From Octopus vulgaris (taxonomy: Eukaryota): a stretch of 64,000 nt of DNA. Below, one piece after another: positions 39,876 through 53,237 of the stretch. Positions within the stretch are counted from its first letter, which is position 1, and each line of letters starts with the position of its first letter. The translations under genes were made by a program, and so were the position numbers. The stretch spans positions 61,318,001 through 61,382,000 of the forward strand of contig OX597831.1 in the NCBI GenBank assembly GCA_951406725.2, in the 5' to 3' direction. The notes beneath the pieces were generated by a model. That model had not been told where the DNA came from. It worked only from the letters and a program-made list of their open reading frames with translations, and did not search any database.

Positions 39876-40532
39876 ATATGTAACCCTTCGCAATATAGAT
39901 CCTTTATTTTCATTTGCATTCAGAATTTGATTGTGAAAATTGTGAATCCAGATGTTTCACTATGTGCTATAATAACAGTTGGGATTCTCATTACACACTT
40001 TATAATTTTATGATATTGAGTGGTAATGTGAGTATCTCAAATCTTAGACTTTACTAAGAATTTTGAATTATGCTGACTTTAATGCTCAAAGCTCTCTCCA
40101 GAACAATATTCTCCAGTTACAAGTTCTCATCTCATAAATGGCTCTTACTAAAAGAATTCTTCCAAATGAAATTTCCTTCTTTCATCAACTTTTTGCTTCA
40201 CCTCAGCCAACGTAGTGTTACACTTATCATTGATGTCACTTTGTTGAAATAGTCTGAAACTCTACTTGTGGGGTCTCAGGAGAACATATAAGACAGTGCA
40301 TTCTCAAGGTTAATACATAATACAAGCCTCACACAGTAGGCATAACTATTTTTGGTAACACCTCAAATTCTTCTCAACAAAACTGAGGGTTCATTTTATG
40401 TTCTTTGTCCACATCACACTAGTATTAAATGCTTCAAGATATTTCTTCAGGACTAAAACAAACACAAGCAATAGTATAATCTAAATATACTCCATAATGT
40501 AGACTACATCAGACAATAAAACAAATCTAAAT

Positions 40533-40955
40533 TTCTTGTACTTTTATTTGTTTCACTCATTTGACTGCAACCCTGAAGGATTTTAGTTGAACATTTCAAC
40601 CCTAGGACTAATTATTTCTGAGCCTATAACTTATTTTATCAGTCACTTTTGCTGAACTGCTAAGTTACAGGGATGTAAATATACCAACACTGGTTGTCAA
40701 GCAGCAAGAGGAAACAAACACAGACACAAACATATATACACATAAATATATACTGTACAAAAACACACATACACACAAACACATACACACACACTGGACT
40801 TCTTTCAGTTTCTGTCTCCCAAATCCTCTCACAACGCTTTGGTAAGCCCCTGGCTATAACAGAAGAAACTTGCGCAAGGTGCCATGTAGTGAGATTGAGC
40901 CCAGAACCATAGGGTTGAGACGCAAGCTTCTTACCACTCAGTCATGCCAATGCCT
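40533..40955 (-). mobile_element. SINE family A, diverged
   Basis: Aligns to family A along its length. Confidence 0.8.
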
Positions 40956-41019
40956 AACAAATTAGCCTTTACCTACAAACACATTTCCACAGCAATCAAC
41001 TTTTAAGCTGAAGTAAATA

Positions 41020-41568
41020 ATCTTTTCTACTATAGGGGAAGGGGCAAGTTGATTACATTGACCCCAGTACTCAACTGGTATTTAATTTATTGACCTCGAA
41101 GGATGAAAGGCAAAGCCAACCTCAACGGAATTTGAACTCAGGACATAGCAGCAGACAAAATATCTATTTCTTTACTACCCACAAGGGGTTAAACATAGAG
41201 GGTACAAAAAGGACAGGCAAACGGATTAAATCGATTATATCGACCCCAGTGTGTAACTGGTACTTATTTAATCGACATCGAAAGGATGAAAGGCAAAGTC
41301 GACCTCAGCAGAAATGTAGCGGTGGGCGAAATACCTATTTCTTTACTACCCACAAGGGGCTAAACACAGAGGAGACAAACAAGGACAGACAGCGGGATTA
41401 AGTCGATTATATCGATCCCAGTGCGTAACTGGTACTTATTTAATCGACCCCGAAAGGATGAAAGGCAAAGTCGACCTTGGCAGAATTTGAACTCAGAACG
41501 TAGTGGTAGACGAAATACGGCTACGCATTTCGCTCAACATGCTAACGTTTCTGCCAGCTCACCGCCTT
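41020..41568 (-). mobile_element. Tandem trimer of SINE family C
   Basis: One full copy followed by two 5'-truncated copies; one TSD CTGAAGT(A/T)AATAAT around the whole block. Confidence 0.85.
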
Positions 41569-41789
41569 CTTCTGAAGTTAATAATAATGCGCTACAAGTA
41601 AGAAGTACATAGTTATGCCATGTGTGGGAAATCTTAATTATTAAATTTCAGCTTGAGGAAATGCAAATTAAACCAGCTCTTCACTATACTAAAATACTGT
41701 ACAAAAAAGCGCAAAGGACGATGTTTAAGAATTGTTACAATAGTTACTAATGATATCTAAATATACACCAAGTTAAATTATTTCAGTTC

Positions 41790-42072
41790 TCTTTTTCCTT
41801 TTACTTGTTTCAGTCATTTGACGGCAGCCATGCTGGAACACTGCCTTCACATGTTTTTGTTGATCAATTTGACCCCAGGACTATTTTAAAGCTTAGTGCT
41901 TATTCTATCGGTCTCTTTGCCAAACCTTAAAGTTACAGGGATGTAAACACACCAACACCTGTTGTCAAACAGCAATGGGGGACAAACACAAATACAAAGC
42001 ACACACACACACACATATATATAACAGGCTTCTTTCAGTTTCCGTCTTCCAAATCCACTCACAAGGCTTTGT
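41790..42072 (-). mobile_element. SINE family A, 5'-truncated
   Basis: Family A body and tail. Confidence 0.8.
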
Positions 42073-42179
42073 CTGAATTTCTTTTTTACTTTATAACAGA
42101 TAGTAAACAATTTCAATTTTTGAAAGATTGTTGAAAAATATATGGGTTTGAAGTGAATGGTTTGTATTGAAAAATACTA

Positions 42180-42655
42180 ATAATAATTAAATTATTGTAT
42201 ACAGTGCTCAGGTGCACGACAACTTGTCAAAAGTGCGTATAAAGTATATGCAGTAATGTACAAATGTCTGGAAAGTAAACAATGTATGAGTCAGATACAT
42301 GCTTGCGTGTGTATGGAGGGAAGAAAATCAGGTGTAGTGTTGGCGAATCTCAGGAAGCATAGAAGTTTTGAAGGATGCAGTGCTCCGACAACTAACAACT
42401 GATGCCGGCAGTTTGTTCCATGCTTCAGCAACTCTTAGCATGAAAAAATGTTTCCTAAAGTCATGGGAGCTGTGCTGTTTTCTGACTTTGTAAACATGTC
42501 CATGGGTGTTAGACAGGTGGAGTTTGAAAAGGTGCTAAGAGTTATTATTAGTAAGATGGTTAATAATTTTATGGATGTCTGCCAAGTCAGCTGCCAGACG
42601 TCGGAGTTTCAATGTGTCCAGGCCCAGGGAAGTAAGGCATTCAGAATATGGCAAA
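42180..42655 (-). mobile_element. CR1-like LINE 3' end
   Basis: Nearly collinear with 9965-10425. Confidence 0.85.
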
Positions 42656-42931
42656 CCATTCTCTTCAAACCTATACATTCATTGTCAGTTGAAAAAAAAG
42701 GATTGTATGAGATGGACAATAATCACATGAATTTTCCAAAAGCTGCGATGGCTATGACTGGAATATCTTTGATCAAAGAGTAGTTCAACTAGATCTGGTC
42801 TAGGGTTAAATAAACAGCATTAGTCAAATTTTGAAATATATCAACGACTATTCTAAATGACTAGTTTTATTTTTATGTTTTCTCCTTAAAGTAAGTCAAA
42901 ATTCAAATACAAAACGTAAAATATGTGCTAT

Positions 42932-43280
42932 ACTCTTTACTCTCTTTTTACCCTTTTACTTGTTTCAGTCATTTGACTGTGGCCATGCTGGAGCACCACC
43001 TTTAATAGAGCAAATAGCTCCTAGGACTTATTCTTTGTAACCCTAGTACTTATTCTATCGGTGTCTTTTGCCGAACCACTAAGTTACGGGGACATAAACA
43101 CATGAGCATCAGTTGTCAAGCGATGTTGGGGGGACAAACACAGACCCACAAACATATACACACACATATATGTATGTGTGTGTATATACATATATGACAA
43201 CTGATGCTCATGTGTTTATGTCCCTGTAACTATATACATATATACGATAGCTTCTTTCAGTTTCCGTCTACCAAATCCAT
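42932..43280 (-). mobile_element. SINE family A with an internal inverted duplication
   Basis: Family A 3' two-thirds; 43195-43231 is an inverted copy of 43082-43118. Confidence 0.85.
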
Positions 43281-43399
43281 GTTTTCCTCTGTTTCCTTAA
43301 TGCTGCTCTTTTGTGTGTGAAAAAGTCTGAAGGAACTCATATGAAAATTGATTGGAAAATTAATTTTACATAAAGGAATTTTGCTTTACAACCAGATTT

Positions 43400-44220
43400 A
43401 GGAAATGCATTACGTCCATAAAGCAAAAGCTTCCGGTATACATCTCGGACAGCACCTGCTAAACAACCGTAGCAAAAATAAATATATAAACCTAATGTTA
43501 GAAAGTGAAGAGCTCAACAGCCTACAAGGTGGCAGTGAGTTCCTCAGGAACTATCCTATTCCTGATGACTTCCCATACAATAACAAAATAACTGGATTAA
43601 CATATCTCAAGGATGTGGATGTGAAATACTTAACATGCCCAAAACAGGTTATGCATGAGTATGTTTCTTGCAGACTTGAGGATGACAAAAATATTGACTT
43701 GAAATGCAGCCATATTTAGACTTACAACTACTTCATCACATCATACTAGGAAGGCTATACATTTGAAAGCCAAGAACAGGAGATTGCTACAAAATACATT
43801 ATGAATAAAAGAGAAACTGAAGGCTTTGAATCCTTTGATGCCCAAATTTCAACTGGAAATTAGGGTTAAATTATGTCACATTTCTGTGGAAGACCACTGC
43901 CCAACTATATCATCAAGTTACATTCTTCCAGTGCAACATGGTATTGTCACTAAAAGAATATACATCAGTAAAAAAGACTGTCCTGGGATAAATATAAAGA
44001 ATCCCCTAATATTGGATATAAACACAAAAAATATTTGTGAAACATTCATAGTGAAACTTTGACCAAGCAAAGTACAACTGGTTAGATAGAATTGTTTAAG
44101 ATAGACAAGAAAGCATTTGTACCATCATAAAGGTCAATTGCCCTGTTAATGTGAATATGTCTTTGAAAATCAAAGAAGATGATAACTATGGACAAGAGAT
44201 TCAAAACCTTCAGCTTCTAT
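43400..44220 (+). pseudogene. Possible decayed LINE ORF1 (gag-like) remnant
   Basis: Fragments IPDDFPYNNKITGLTYLKDVDV, LEIRVKLCHISVEDHCP and NCPV occur in the order expected for I/Jockey-type ORF1; many stops and frameshifts. Confidence 0.3.
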
Positions 44221-44439
44221 ATCCAAATTTTAAATTCTTATTTTCACCAAAAGTAAGGAGCACTCAATATTTTTCATAAATGCTAAAGTGACAATTTGAG
44301 AAGGCTAAGATTTTCAGAAAAAGAAATCAATATGTTAACATGCACATTACAAATACAATCTATTAACAGAACAGTAAATAGTTCAAATACTAAGAAATAA
44401 CCTTACTCATTTTGATTTATACGAAATAATTTACAAACA

Positions 44440-44730
44440 TGAATGGGTTATTTCCCTTGACTATATATAAGGATCCCTTTCAGGAGTGAATGGGTTATTT
44501 CCCTTGGATGTTTAAAGATAACATATAAGTTATATGTAGTAGATATAAGAATCCCTTCCAGGAGCCCTATTATCAATTTTTTTCAACAATCTAAGTACGT
44601 CACTTGTTTTCCAGAGATGAGTTCCACTCATATGTCAAGTTTCATCCAAATTGATAAAATGATGTAGGAGGAGTCAGATAACAATGCCACAAACAAATAC
44701 ACCCACAGATTTCCACATATGTAGTAGATG
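44440..44730 (+). mobile_element. Non-autonomous Helentron/HINE-like remnant
   Basis: CAAGTTTCATCCAAATTG...GTAGGAGGAGT...ACA-rich stretch ending GTAGTAGAT; GAATGGGTTATTTCCCTTG duplicated upstream. Confidence 0.4.
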
Positions 44731-45352
44731 TAATAATTTAAATTCTTTCTAAGAGGAAGAATCTAAATAATTAAAGATAAAAGATAACCTACATTGATGC
44801 ATACATACATACATACATATGTACTTGCATGCATGCATACATATTTCTCTTGTCTCTTCTCAAACTTACCTTTCTTTCAAGCTTTAGAACCATTTTCCCA
44901 TTTTCCCATTTCCTTTCTCTCCATCCCATCACTTTTATATCCTTTATATCAGTAATGCTCTGAAAGAGAGATAAGGCTAAAACCATTACATTCATCGTGT
45001 TTATCTTCTTTCCTTCAATATTTATTTATAACTGTTTTCTATGCCTTTGTTGTTAAAATTTAGTTTTCTTCCTTAATCTATTGTATAACAAGCCAAATTA
45101 TACAAACTTTGTGTGGAGAATTCAGCTTTGTTAAAAGGTATCTTTGTAGTGTAATGAATATAATTAAATATCCATCTATCCCTTCTTCTCTCACCTTAAC
45201 CATCCCTCAGTTCTTATCCACTTATCAATTTAACCATCTGCCTATGCATGTGTATGAGTAGGTATTTTATATACATGAGTATGTGTTACATGGGTGTGTG
45301 GGTGCATGTACATTGTACATTGTTACCCTGTCATTATTTCTTTCATCTCAAG

Positions 45353-45565
45353 ACAGCGAGCAGAATCATTAGCATGCTGGAGGAAATGCTCAGCAGTGTT
45401 TCGCCTGTCGCTACGTTATGAGTTCAAATTCCACCAAGGTGGACTTTGCCTTTCATCATTTTGGGTTTGATAAATTAAGTACCAGTTATGCACTTGGGTC
45501 GATGTAATCGACTAACCCCCTTCCTCAAAATTTTCAGGCCTTGTGCCTATAGGAGAAAAGATTAT
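45353..45565 (+). mobile_element. SINE family C
   Basis: Family C head and Nin-like centre. Confidence 0.8.
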
Positions 45566-46106
45566 TTCTTTCATCTCAACATTTTTCAAAGCTGCTGTTA
45601 TTTTAATTTCTTCTCTCTTAGATCGTTGCTTCTTCAACAACAGTATCACATATTACAACAATTTCTTTTGTTCCATAACCTTCTCTTCTTCCCTATTCTT
45701 AAACCCCTTCTATCTTCAAATCCCATTTTAAATATCCTTCAAATTTATTCCATTGTTTCAATTATTGTAAATGAATGGATTGGAGGAGAAACCATATTAA
45801 TATACCCTGCAATGAAGCAATCAGAAAAGAACTTTCTGGACGTACATATGAGAAACAAGAGGCAAATAGAGCTCTTAGGCAACTAAGCTATGAGGTTTCC
45901 ATACCAAACATCTACATAATCAACAAATTTTAGAAGATCTCTTGTCATCAAGAGCATCAAATTGCTTCCCGTTAAAAGAGCTGAAACACAATAGACTACT
46001 AGTGCATGATATAGGAGAGATCTGACTCAACAGAAACCATAATAGAAGCCACTGACAAGAGTGAGAGAGGCTGAATCAAAGAGAATCAAAGAAATAATCT
46101 TTCCTC

Positions 46107-46345
46107 CTATAGGCACAAAACCTATTTTGGTTTTTCCTCCAATCCAGGCAGAATCATTAGCCCTCCCAGGCAAAATGCTTTGCAGTATTTCATCGCTTCT
46201 TCACATTCTGAGTACAAATTCCATCAAGGTCAACCTCGCCTTTCATCCTTCTAAGGTCAATAAAACAAGTACCATTTGTACACAGGGGTTGATGTAATTG
46301 TCTTGCCCTCATCCCCCAAATTGCAGGCTTTGTGCCAAAATTTGA
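46107..46345 (+). mobile_element. SINE family C, diverged
   Basis: Nin-like centre and older tail. Confidence 0.65.
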
Positions 46346-47782
46346 AAAAAAATTACATATAATACAAAGGTGTGATTTTAGAGGATTTGGTTACCAGTTC
46401 TATCAGATCTGATGTCCTTGTTAACATGTTTTCATTGGCTATAAGCCATATATTGGTTTACAGCCAATGAAATCATAGCTAACTTATTATTTAGATGAGT
46501 TGTAGTGCACCTGAGCACTGTACACAATTATTATTATTATTATTATTATTTAAGAAATGAAATGATTAATTCATTGAAACATTTGTAAAGCAGTGTTTTG
46601 ATCTATGAAGTATTCAGGCTCCCTGAATAGGTTTGTATATTCAAATAAATACAGCTTTTCAAGATCTCTCTTCTGACATTACTGCTTGCATACTAAACAT
46701 TGTTACTGTGAAATCATGGGCAAAATTTCATTAAAGTTCTTCTAACTCAAATATCTATTTCATAAAATAACTTCCAGCACTTAAATATTATTATCAACAT
46801 TTGTGTAATTAGAAGATATAAATTCTCTTTCTTTATTTAAAATTTATGTAAATTTTTAATTTAACAACTCGAAGTTATAAAATCATGAAAGAAATTAGAA
46901 CATAACTATATGTGTATTTTCATAAGCCAGCATAATTTAAACAAGTTCTAAATTTTTTTAAACCACTGAAATTTAAAAGCAAATAGGCTGAATACTACAG
47001 ATGTAACTTACACACACTTATCCATATACATGAATATCCACATATTCACATAAAATATCCCACAAAATATATATGAAATTTTACAAGTTTCTGTATATTT
47101 TCTCTTGTATTTGCAATTTATTTCAGTTTTCAAGATCTTAAACATTTGACTCATAAAATTCTTGTGATCAATTATGATAAAATGAAAATTAATGTAAAAC
47201 TTAGATAAGAATGTATATTTACATTAATTGCTTCAGTTGCATTGAAAATATTTCTGAAATATAGTTAAATCATTTTGACAAAGGTATGATGTGTTAGGAT
47301 TTTCAATTTTGGTATATGATATTTAAACTTTTTTAAAGGACAAAAAATAGTTTGTCTTACTTAGCTAGAGGACATTTTGTACTGTATAATGTCAACCACA
47401 TGTCGTGTTACTAAGGTTTTCCAAATACAAGCTCTTTGAAGTAGTTACTCCTCATACTATTGGTGCCTTGTGAATGATTTGTTAATTAATTACAACTATC
47501 TGATCATTAATTAATATCATCATTAAAAGAAGGTGGTCTTGTAATTAGATAAAGTCTTTTGAAGTGACTCAGTATGTTTCGTTCAAAGAAATGTATTACT
47601 ATATATACAAGAGTTGCATTGTTGTTCCTGTTGTGTGACTCCGATTTAGCTTTGAATGAGTAATTAATTCTATGGTTTGTCAGTTGATGAGATATGACCC
47701 AGCACTGCGGTGAAATCAATCTCAAATATTATTCTACCATCTTAAAAAAAAATGAAGTATGTATGAAAGTAGAATATCATTA

Positions 47783-47858
<76 letters not shown>

Positions 47859-47876
47859 TAGATAGATATAGATATG

Positions 47877-47909
<33 letters not shown>

Positions 47910-47919
47910 TTATGTATAC

Positions 47920-47957
<38 letters not shown>

Positions 47958-47967
47958 GTATACATAA

Positions 47968-48014
<47 letters not shown>

Positions 48015-48024
48015 CATACATATA

Positions 48025-48330
48025 TGTTGTAAAGTGGGTTCCTTCACTGGTGTAATGTGTGACTGCCATTGTCCTGTAGTCGCTGTTTTATACTAGTAGC
48101 CACAATAGTTACTAGTCGTTGGACACCGTAGTACCCCTTGGTACCAGGAAAGTAAATACACTAACTTCTGTCTTACTATCGCTGATAGTTCCACAAGACA
48201 CTGACTAGAACTGTTGACTCTCAGCTCTTTGACTCTCGACCCTCTCTTGAGGACCAGCCACTGGTCTACTTATAATGGCTAGATCCTACCACTTTTAACC
48301 AGGTGGGGTATACAGTTTCACTATACAACA
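48025..48330 (-). mobile_element. Solo LTR (306 bp)
   Basis: TG...CA ends with an 11/12 terminal inverted repeat (TGTTGTAAAGTG / CACTATACAACA), imperfect TSD ATATA/ATACA, TATAA on the minus strand near 48272. Confidence 0.75.
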
Positions 48331-48391
48331 ATACACACGCACGCACGCACACACACACACATGCACACGCACACATTTACATATGCTTGTG

Positions 48392-48550
48392 ATACCAGAG
48401 GGCGCACACTCTCCTACTCTGATATAATCTCCAGGGATACAGGCATCCAGCAACAGGACCTCTGTAATGCTATGATGGACCGTGAAGTCTGGCGTAGCAT
48501 AGTAAATTCCATTGTCTCGACCACGGTCGAACAATGATGATGATGATGAT
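48392..48550 (+). mobile_element. 3' end of another RTE-like LINE
   Basis: RGRTLSYSDIISRDTGIQQQDLCNAMMDREVWRSIV* followed by a (TGA)n tail. Confidence 0.7.
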
Positions 48551-48845
48551 GCATGTGTATAAACATGTGGGTGAGAATGCACACATGTGCGTTTACATAA
48601 ATACATAAGCATATGTGTAAACAGATGTGTATATACATGTATGTAGACATGCAATATCCACACATTCACGCATATTCCTATGCTGAGTTGTGTAAATTGA
48701 ATGAGAAGGATGATCAATAAATATTATTTTTATAAAAAGTGAAAGTTTGCCTCATGATTTGAGTTCCACCCCATTGATCATAGTTGCATAAAATTTGATT
48801 CATGAGACAAACTTCCAAATTCAGTAAAATATATATGCATACACA

Positions 48846-49122
48846 TCATCATCATCATCATCATTATCATCATCATCATCATTATCATCATCATTTAACG
48901 TCTGCTTTCCATGATAGCATGGGTTGGACGATTTGACTGAGGACTGGCGAACCAGATGGCTGCACTAGGCTCCAATCTGATCTGGCAGTGTTTCTACACC
49001 TGGATGCCCTTCCTAATGCCAACCACTCCGAGAGTGTAGTAGGTTCTTTTACGTGCCACCGGCATGAGGGTCAGTCTGGCCATGCTCAAATGGTGTTTTT
49101 TACGTGCCACCTGCACAGGAGT
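48846..49122 (-). mobile_element. Family B (RTE 3' UTR)
   Basis: Conserved family B sequence. Confidence 0.85.
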
Positions 49123-49422
49123 CACACACACATACATAAAGGCATACATACATATATACATACATATATACATACATACATACATACATACATACATACA
49201 AACATACATACATACACACACACATACATAAATGCATACATACATACATATAAACATACATACATACATACATACACACAGATACATACACACATACATA
49301 CATACATACATTCATACATACAAAAATACATGCATGCATGCATACATACATACATACAAATATACATACATACATACATACATGCATACATACATACATA
49401 CATACATACATACATACATACA

Positions 49423-49453
<31 letters not shown>

Positions 49454-50412
49454 GTATTTTTGTACATTATCACATTCTTCATTATCTTATTATGAGTTTT
49501 GCATCCATATTTTTCATATTGACATGGGTTACATGAAATTTTATTGAGGCAGATTTACTGTCGTTTGTTGCTCTTTCTGTCACCAACCCTAACTTATTTT
49601 TGAATTTTACCAATTTTTTGTTTCATATATTTGGAGAACTACAGTGTATTTGTTCACTGGAGAAAAGAAACAATTTTACTGTCTTTCACTTAGAAAGTGC
49701 TTACGAAGACAAGCTGAATTGACATTTATGCAGACACACAAAAGCATTACAATTCCACTGAGGGAGTATTAAATGAAATGTATGTAGGAGAAAATGGAAT
49801 AGTTTATATGAAAATTGAAGTAACACATATATTTCTTTGAGAACTGAGTGGTTGGACATTATAACTGCATCAAATTTGGCTTTAGAATCCACTATTAAAC
49901 AAAGATGTAGCAATATTTGAAGAGTACCTTTTAAACATCTTAAAAAGAATCAAATTTCATATGGTGCACAATGGCTTTCAAAGTAATTTGAATAAGCACT
50001 TGATGTCTTGGTGCAAATGAAGATGTATGTTGTCACTGACAAAACAAGGAACTTGTAAAGCTTAGCAGTTAGCTCATATGGAAAGCTTTTATCAAATGAC
50101 ATAACATTTACATGAAGTCTAGAAGCAAGGTTAATAAGTCTATTCAACTGGAAACCAAAGAGTAGGCAGTAAAACTGAAACTAGATGGTAGGGTAGAATA
50201 CCTAGCGTCCTGGTCCCCTTAAATACATAAAGACTTTAACTCTTTAGCATTCAGTTTATTTTGTCAAATGTAAAGCATATTTATTCACATTTGTTGTTGT
50301 ATTTAGGAATGGTCATTTTGTCAGTTTAGCCAATAAAAACACATGCACTATATATTTAGTGTTACTTTGCTTCAGCGTTATTTATTTTTTACATTAATCT
50401 TAATCATATTTC

Positions 50413-50457
50413 GGCTAGAGTTCTTTCGTCACACTCCTGTGACCTCATCAGTGGTCC
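50413..50457 (-). ncRNA. Hammerhead-like motif in a PLE-like remnant (~50300-50580)
   Basis: Minus strand: GGACCA-CTGATGA-G-GTCAC(AGGAGT)GTGAC-GAAA-GAAC-TC-TAGCC; both boxes and stem II intact, stem I imperfect. Confidence 0.5.
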
Positions 50458-51129
50458 TTTGCTTTCTTCTTTCTTATTTGTGTGTCTCTCCTTACTAACG
50501 GTCAGCCATTTTGTATTTTGTATTTATATTGTATGTGTCTTCATTTGTGCATGCATATATCTGTATGTGTGTCCTAAATACAACATCTGTTTCAACACAC
50601 AATTTCACTTCAAAAAACTTGCAAAACAAATTTATTCACATTGTTTTGGATTAATTATGGCATTATCTTGTAGCTCTGAGATTTTGATGATGTGATCATT
50701 TATTTTTACAGTGACATTGTAGGACAGGTGTGGCAGGTGTGAGTAGCCAGATCTTGTTAGATTGAACATAAAATAGGTAGAATATTTAGGATTGATATGG
50801 TCAGTTTAAATGCTAAAAGGTTAAAGTAAACTTCAAATATAACCTTAAGTATAGTTTAATTAACCCAGCTAACCAAGAGTTGGGTATCATTAGTAAAAGA
50901 ATATTAGAAGAAAACATTTCCAGAATAAAAGGAGTCTCATTAAATTTATGGCGCTGCATTTCAGAAGTACTGAAATGGCTTACAGAATAAAAGAGGGGTA
51001 AACTGTAGATTCAAGCAAATAAATCTAAATCTTTGTTAAAAGGGCCTTAGATTTTGTGTAAACAGTCAACGACTTTAGTAAATCAAACGTTAATGTGATT
51101 ATGAATACAAAAGAAATCATTTCTGTTTT

Positions 51130-51225
51130 TCAATAATGATGAATAAACAGGTTCAGAAACTTAAGAAGAAATTATTTGATGCGTTCATGGAAGTGTATGA
51201 TAGTGTTCATAAGAGTGAAATTCAC
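51130..51225 (+). pseudogene. LINE reverse transcriptase remnant
   Basis: KKKLFDAFMEVYDSVHK resembles the non-LTR RT motif L...FID..KA(Y/F)DSV.R with a short deletion. Confidence 0.4.
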
Positions 51226-52558
51226 ACCAACCACTCGGTAGAGTGGACCAAGTGCTTTTTTACGTGGCATTTGCATATGTGAGATCAGTTTTGGCATGGA
51301 TTTTACACCTGGATGCCCTTCCAAATGCCAACCAATTTACAATGTAGATTGGGTGCTTTTAAGTTACACCTGTATTGCCGGGGTCACCAAGAGTCTTTGA
51401 GAGGGGGTGGTATTGGTGGAGGTGATCTTGTGTAGATGAGGAAAGATTAGTGTGACAGAGCGGCAGAAACAGATGTCTTGCTGTAGAGGAGGTCCTTGGG
51501 TACCCAGCCAAAGAGTGGGAGAGAGAGAGAAGAAGAGAAAGAGAGTGAGAGTTAACAAGAATGAGTGCAAGTGAGAGTGAAAGATTCTTTGATAAAATAA
51601 GATAGATAAAAGGCATTGAAAGCACACAGCATAAGAATAGGCAAAAGAACTTTTCATTGTACAACCCAGTATTTGATCTATGAGTAAAATCTAAAGTAGA
51701 TAGAGAATTTCTGAATCTAATAAATTGACTATTTGACTATACTGATGCCAAAGCATAAGTATAGTTGAATAGTCAATAGGCTATGTTTTAAAATTAGTAA
51801 TTTAGCTAGTACGAAGTTCAGCTGTTCTCTGCTGGAAGGCCAAATGAAAACAATAGGCAAAACAACTGGCCAATATTAATCATGCAACAATATTTGTGAA
51901 AACTAGATAGAATTGTTTTGCATAGTTGATAGTATACAACAGTAAAGTAGGAAAAATCAACAGGCATGAACCTAAAGTATGTATTGGAATAACTGAACTG
52001 ACATTCAAAAATCGATTTTATAAGCACAAACATACATTAATCAGCTCTAATGAAAAAAAACCACTATAGCGTTGTCAAAATTTATACACTGTTTATGTGA
52101 GACAACTCATCAAAATTCAGAACTGTGCAGACGATTATAGATAAGACAAACCCATACAAGAAGTGCAGCTTCAAATAAAAATTGTTGTGTGTCTTTCTTT
52201 GGACCAAAACTTAAGAATTTTGTTTCAAGGAAATAATGGTTTGCATCAAAGAACTAAAATGTTATCGCCTTGAATGTATGGAGCAAAGTGCATTTTGTGA
52301 AAGTACCATCTACTTATTTTAGACATTATTCAAGGAAAATGAAGAAAACATTTGTTTCAGTGTGTTTTTAAAATGATTGTTACTGTTTTTGTAAATATTG
52401 CTTGAACTGCATAATTTTCTCAGAGGGCAGTTCTTAGAGTGACCTGCATTGTATGAGTTTACAAGCTGATTACAATTCTATGATGTTTAGGGTATTCCCG
52501 CAAGAGCTAAAAAAGAAATGAAAGTTGTGAGCATGAAGTAGACATTTTTTACATCTAA

Positions 52559-52780
52559 TACTCTCTACTCTTTTACTTGTTTCAGTCATTTGACTGTGTC
52601 CACACTGGAGCACCAGCTTTAGTCGCACAAATCGACCTCAGGACTTATCCTTTGTAACCCTAGTACTTATTTTATTGGCCCTCTTTGCCAAACTTCTAAG
52701 TTACAGGGACGTAAACACACCAGCATCAGTTGTCAAGTGATATTGGGGGGACAAACACAGACACACAAACATATACACAC

Positions 52781-52833
<53 letters not shown>

Positions 52834-53007
52834 CATATATACAATGGGCTTCTTTCAGTTTCTGTCTACCAAATCAACTCATAAGGCTTTGGTCGGGCCG
52901 AGGCTATAGTAGAAGTCACTTGCCCAAGGTGACACACAATGTGACTGAACCTGGAACCATGATGTTCGTAAGCAAGCAACTTACAACACAGCCACTCCTA
53001 TGTCTAT
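52559..53007 (-). mobile_element. SINE family A
   Basis: Full-length copy. Confidence 0.9.
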
Positions 53008-53237
53008 ACATGCAAGATTATTTACAAACATAAATGTAAAGATTTTTTTATAGCTTTCATATTTAAAAAACATATTCAAGCAGTAGATAATTAAAAAGAA
53101 ACGGTCATATTTACAGCAGAATGAGCAGAAACATGGTATTCAGAAAACTGGCAATTATGAACCTTTCAGTTATAATAAATAAGGAATACAATACATTTAT
53201 GTATTGATGTTTTGTAATTTAGCACATCTTATGAATC

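Noticed and set aside
49700-50150. Coding-like unique stretch, possibly a transposase remnant (similar impression at 57160-57500)
   Set aside because: All frames are interrupted and I can recognise no motif with confidence.
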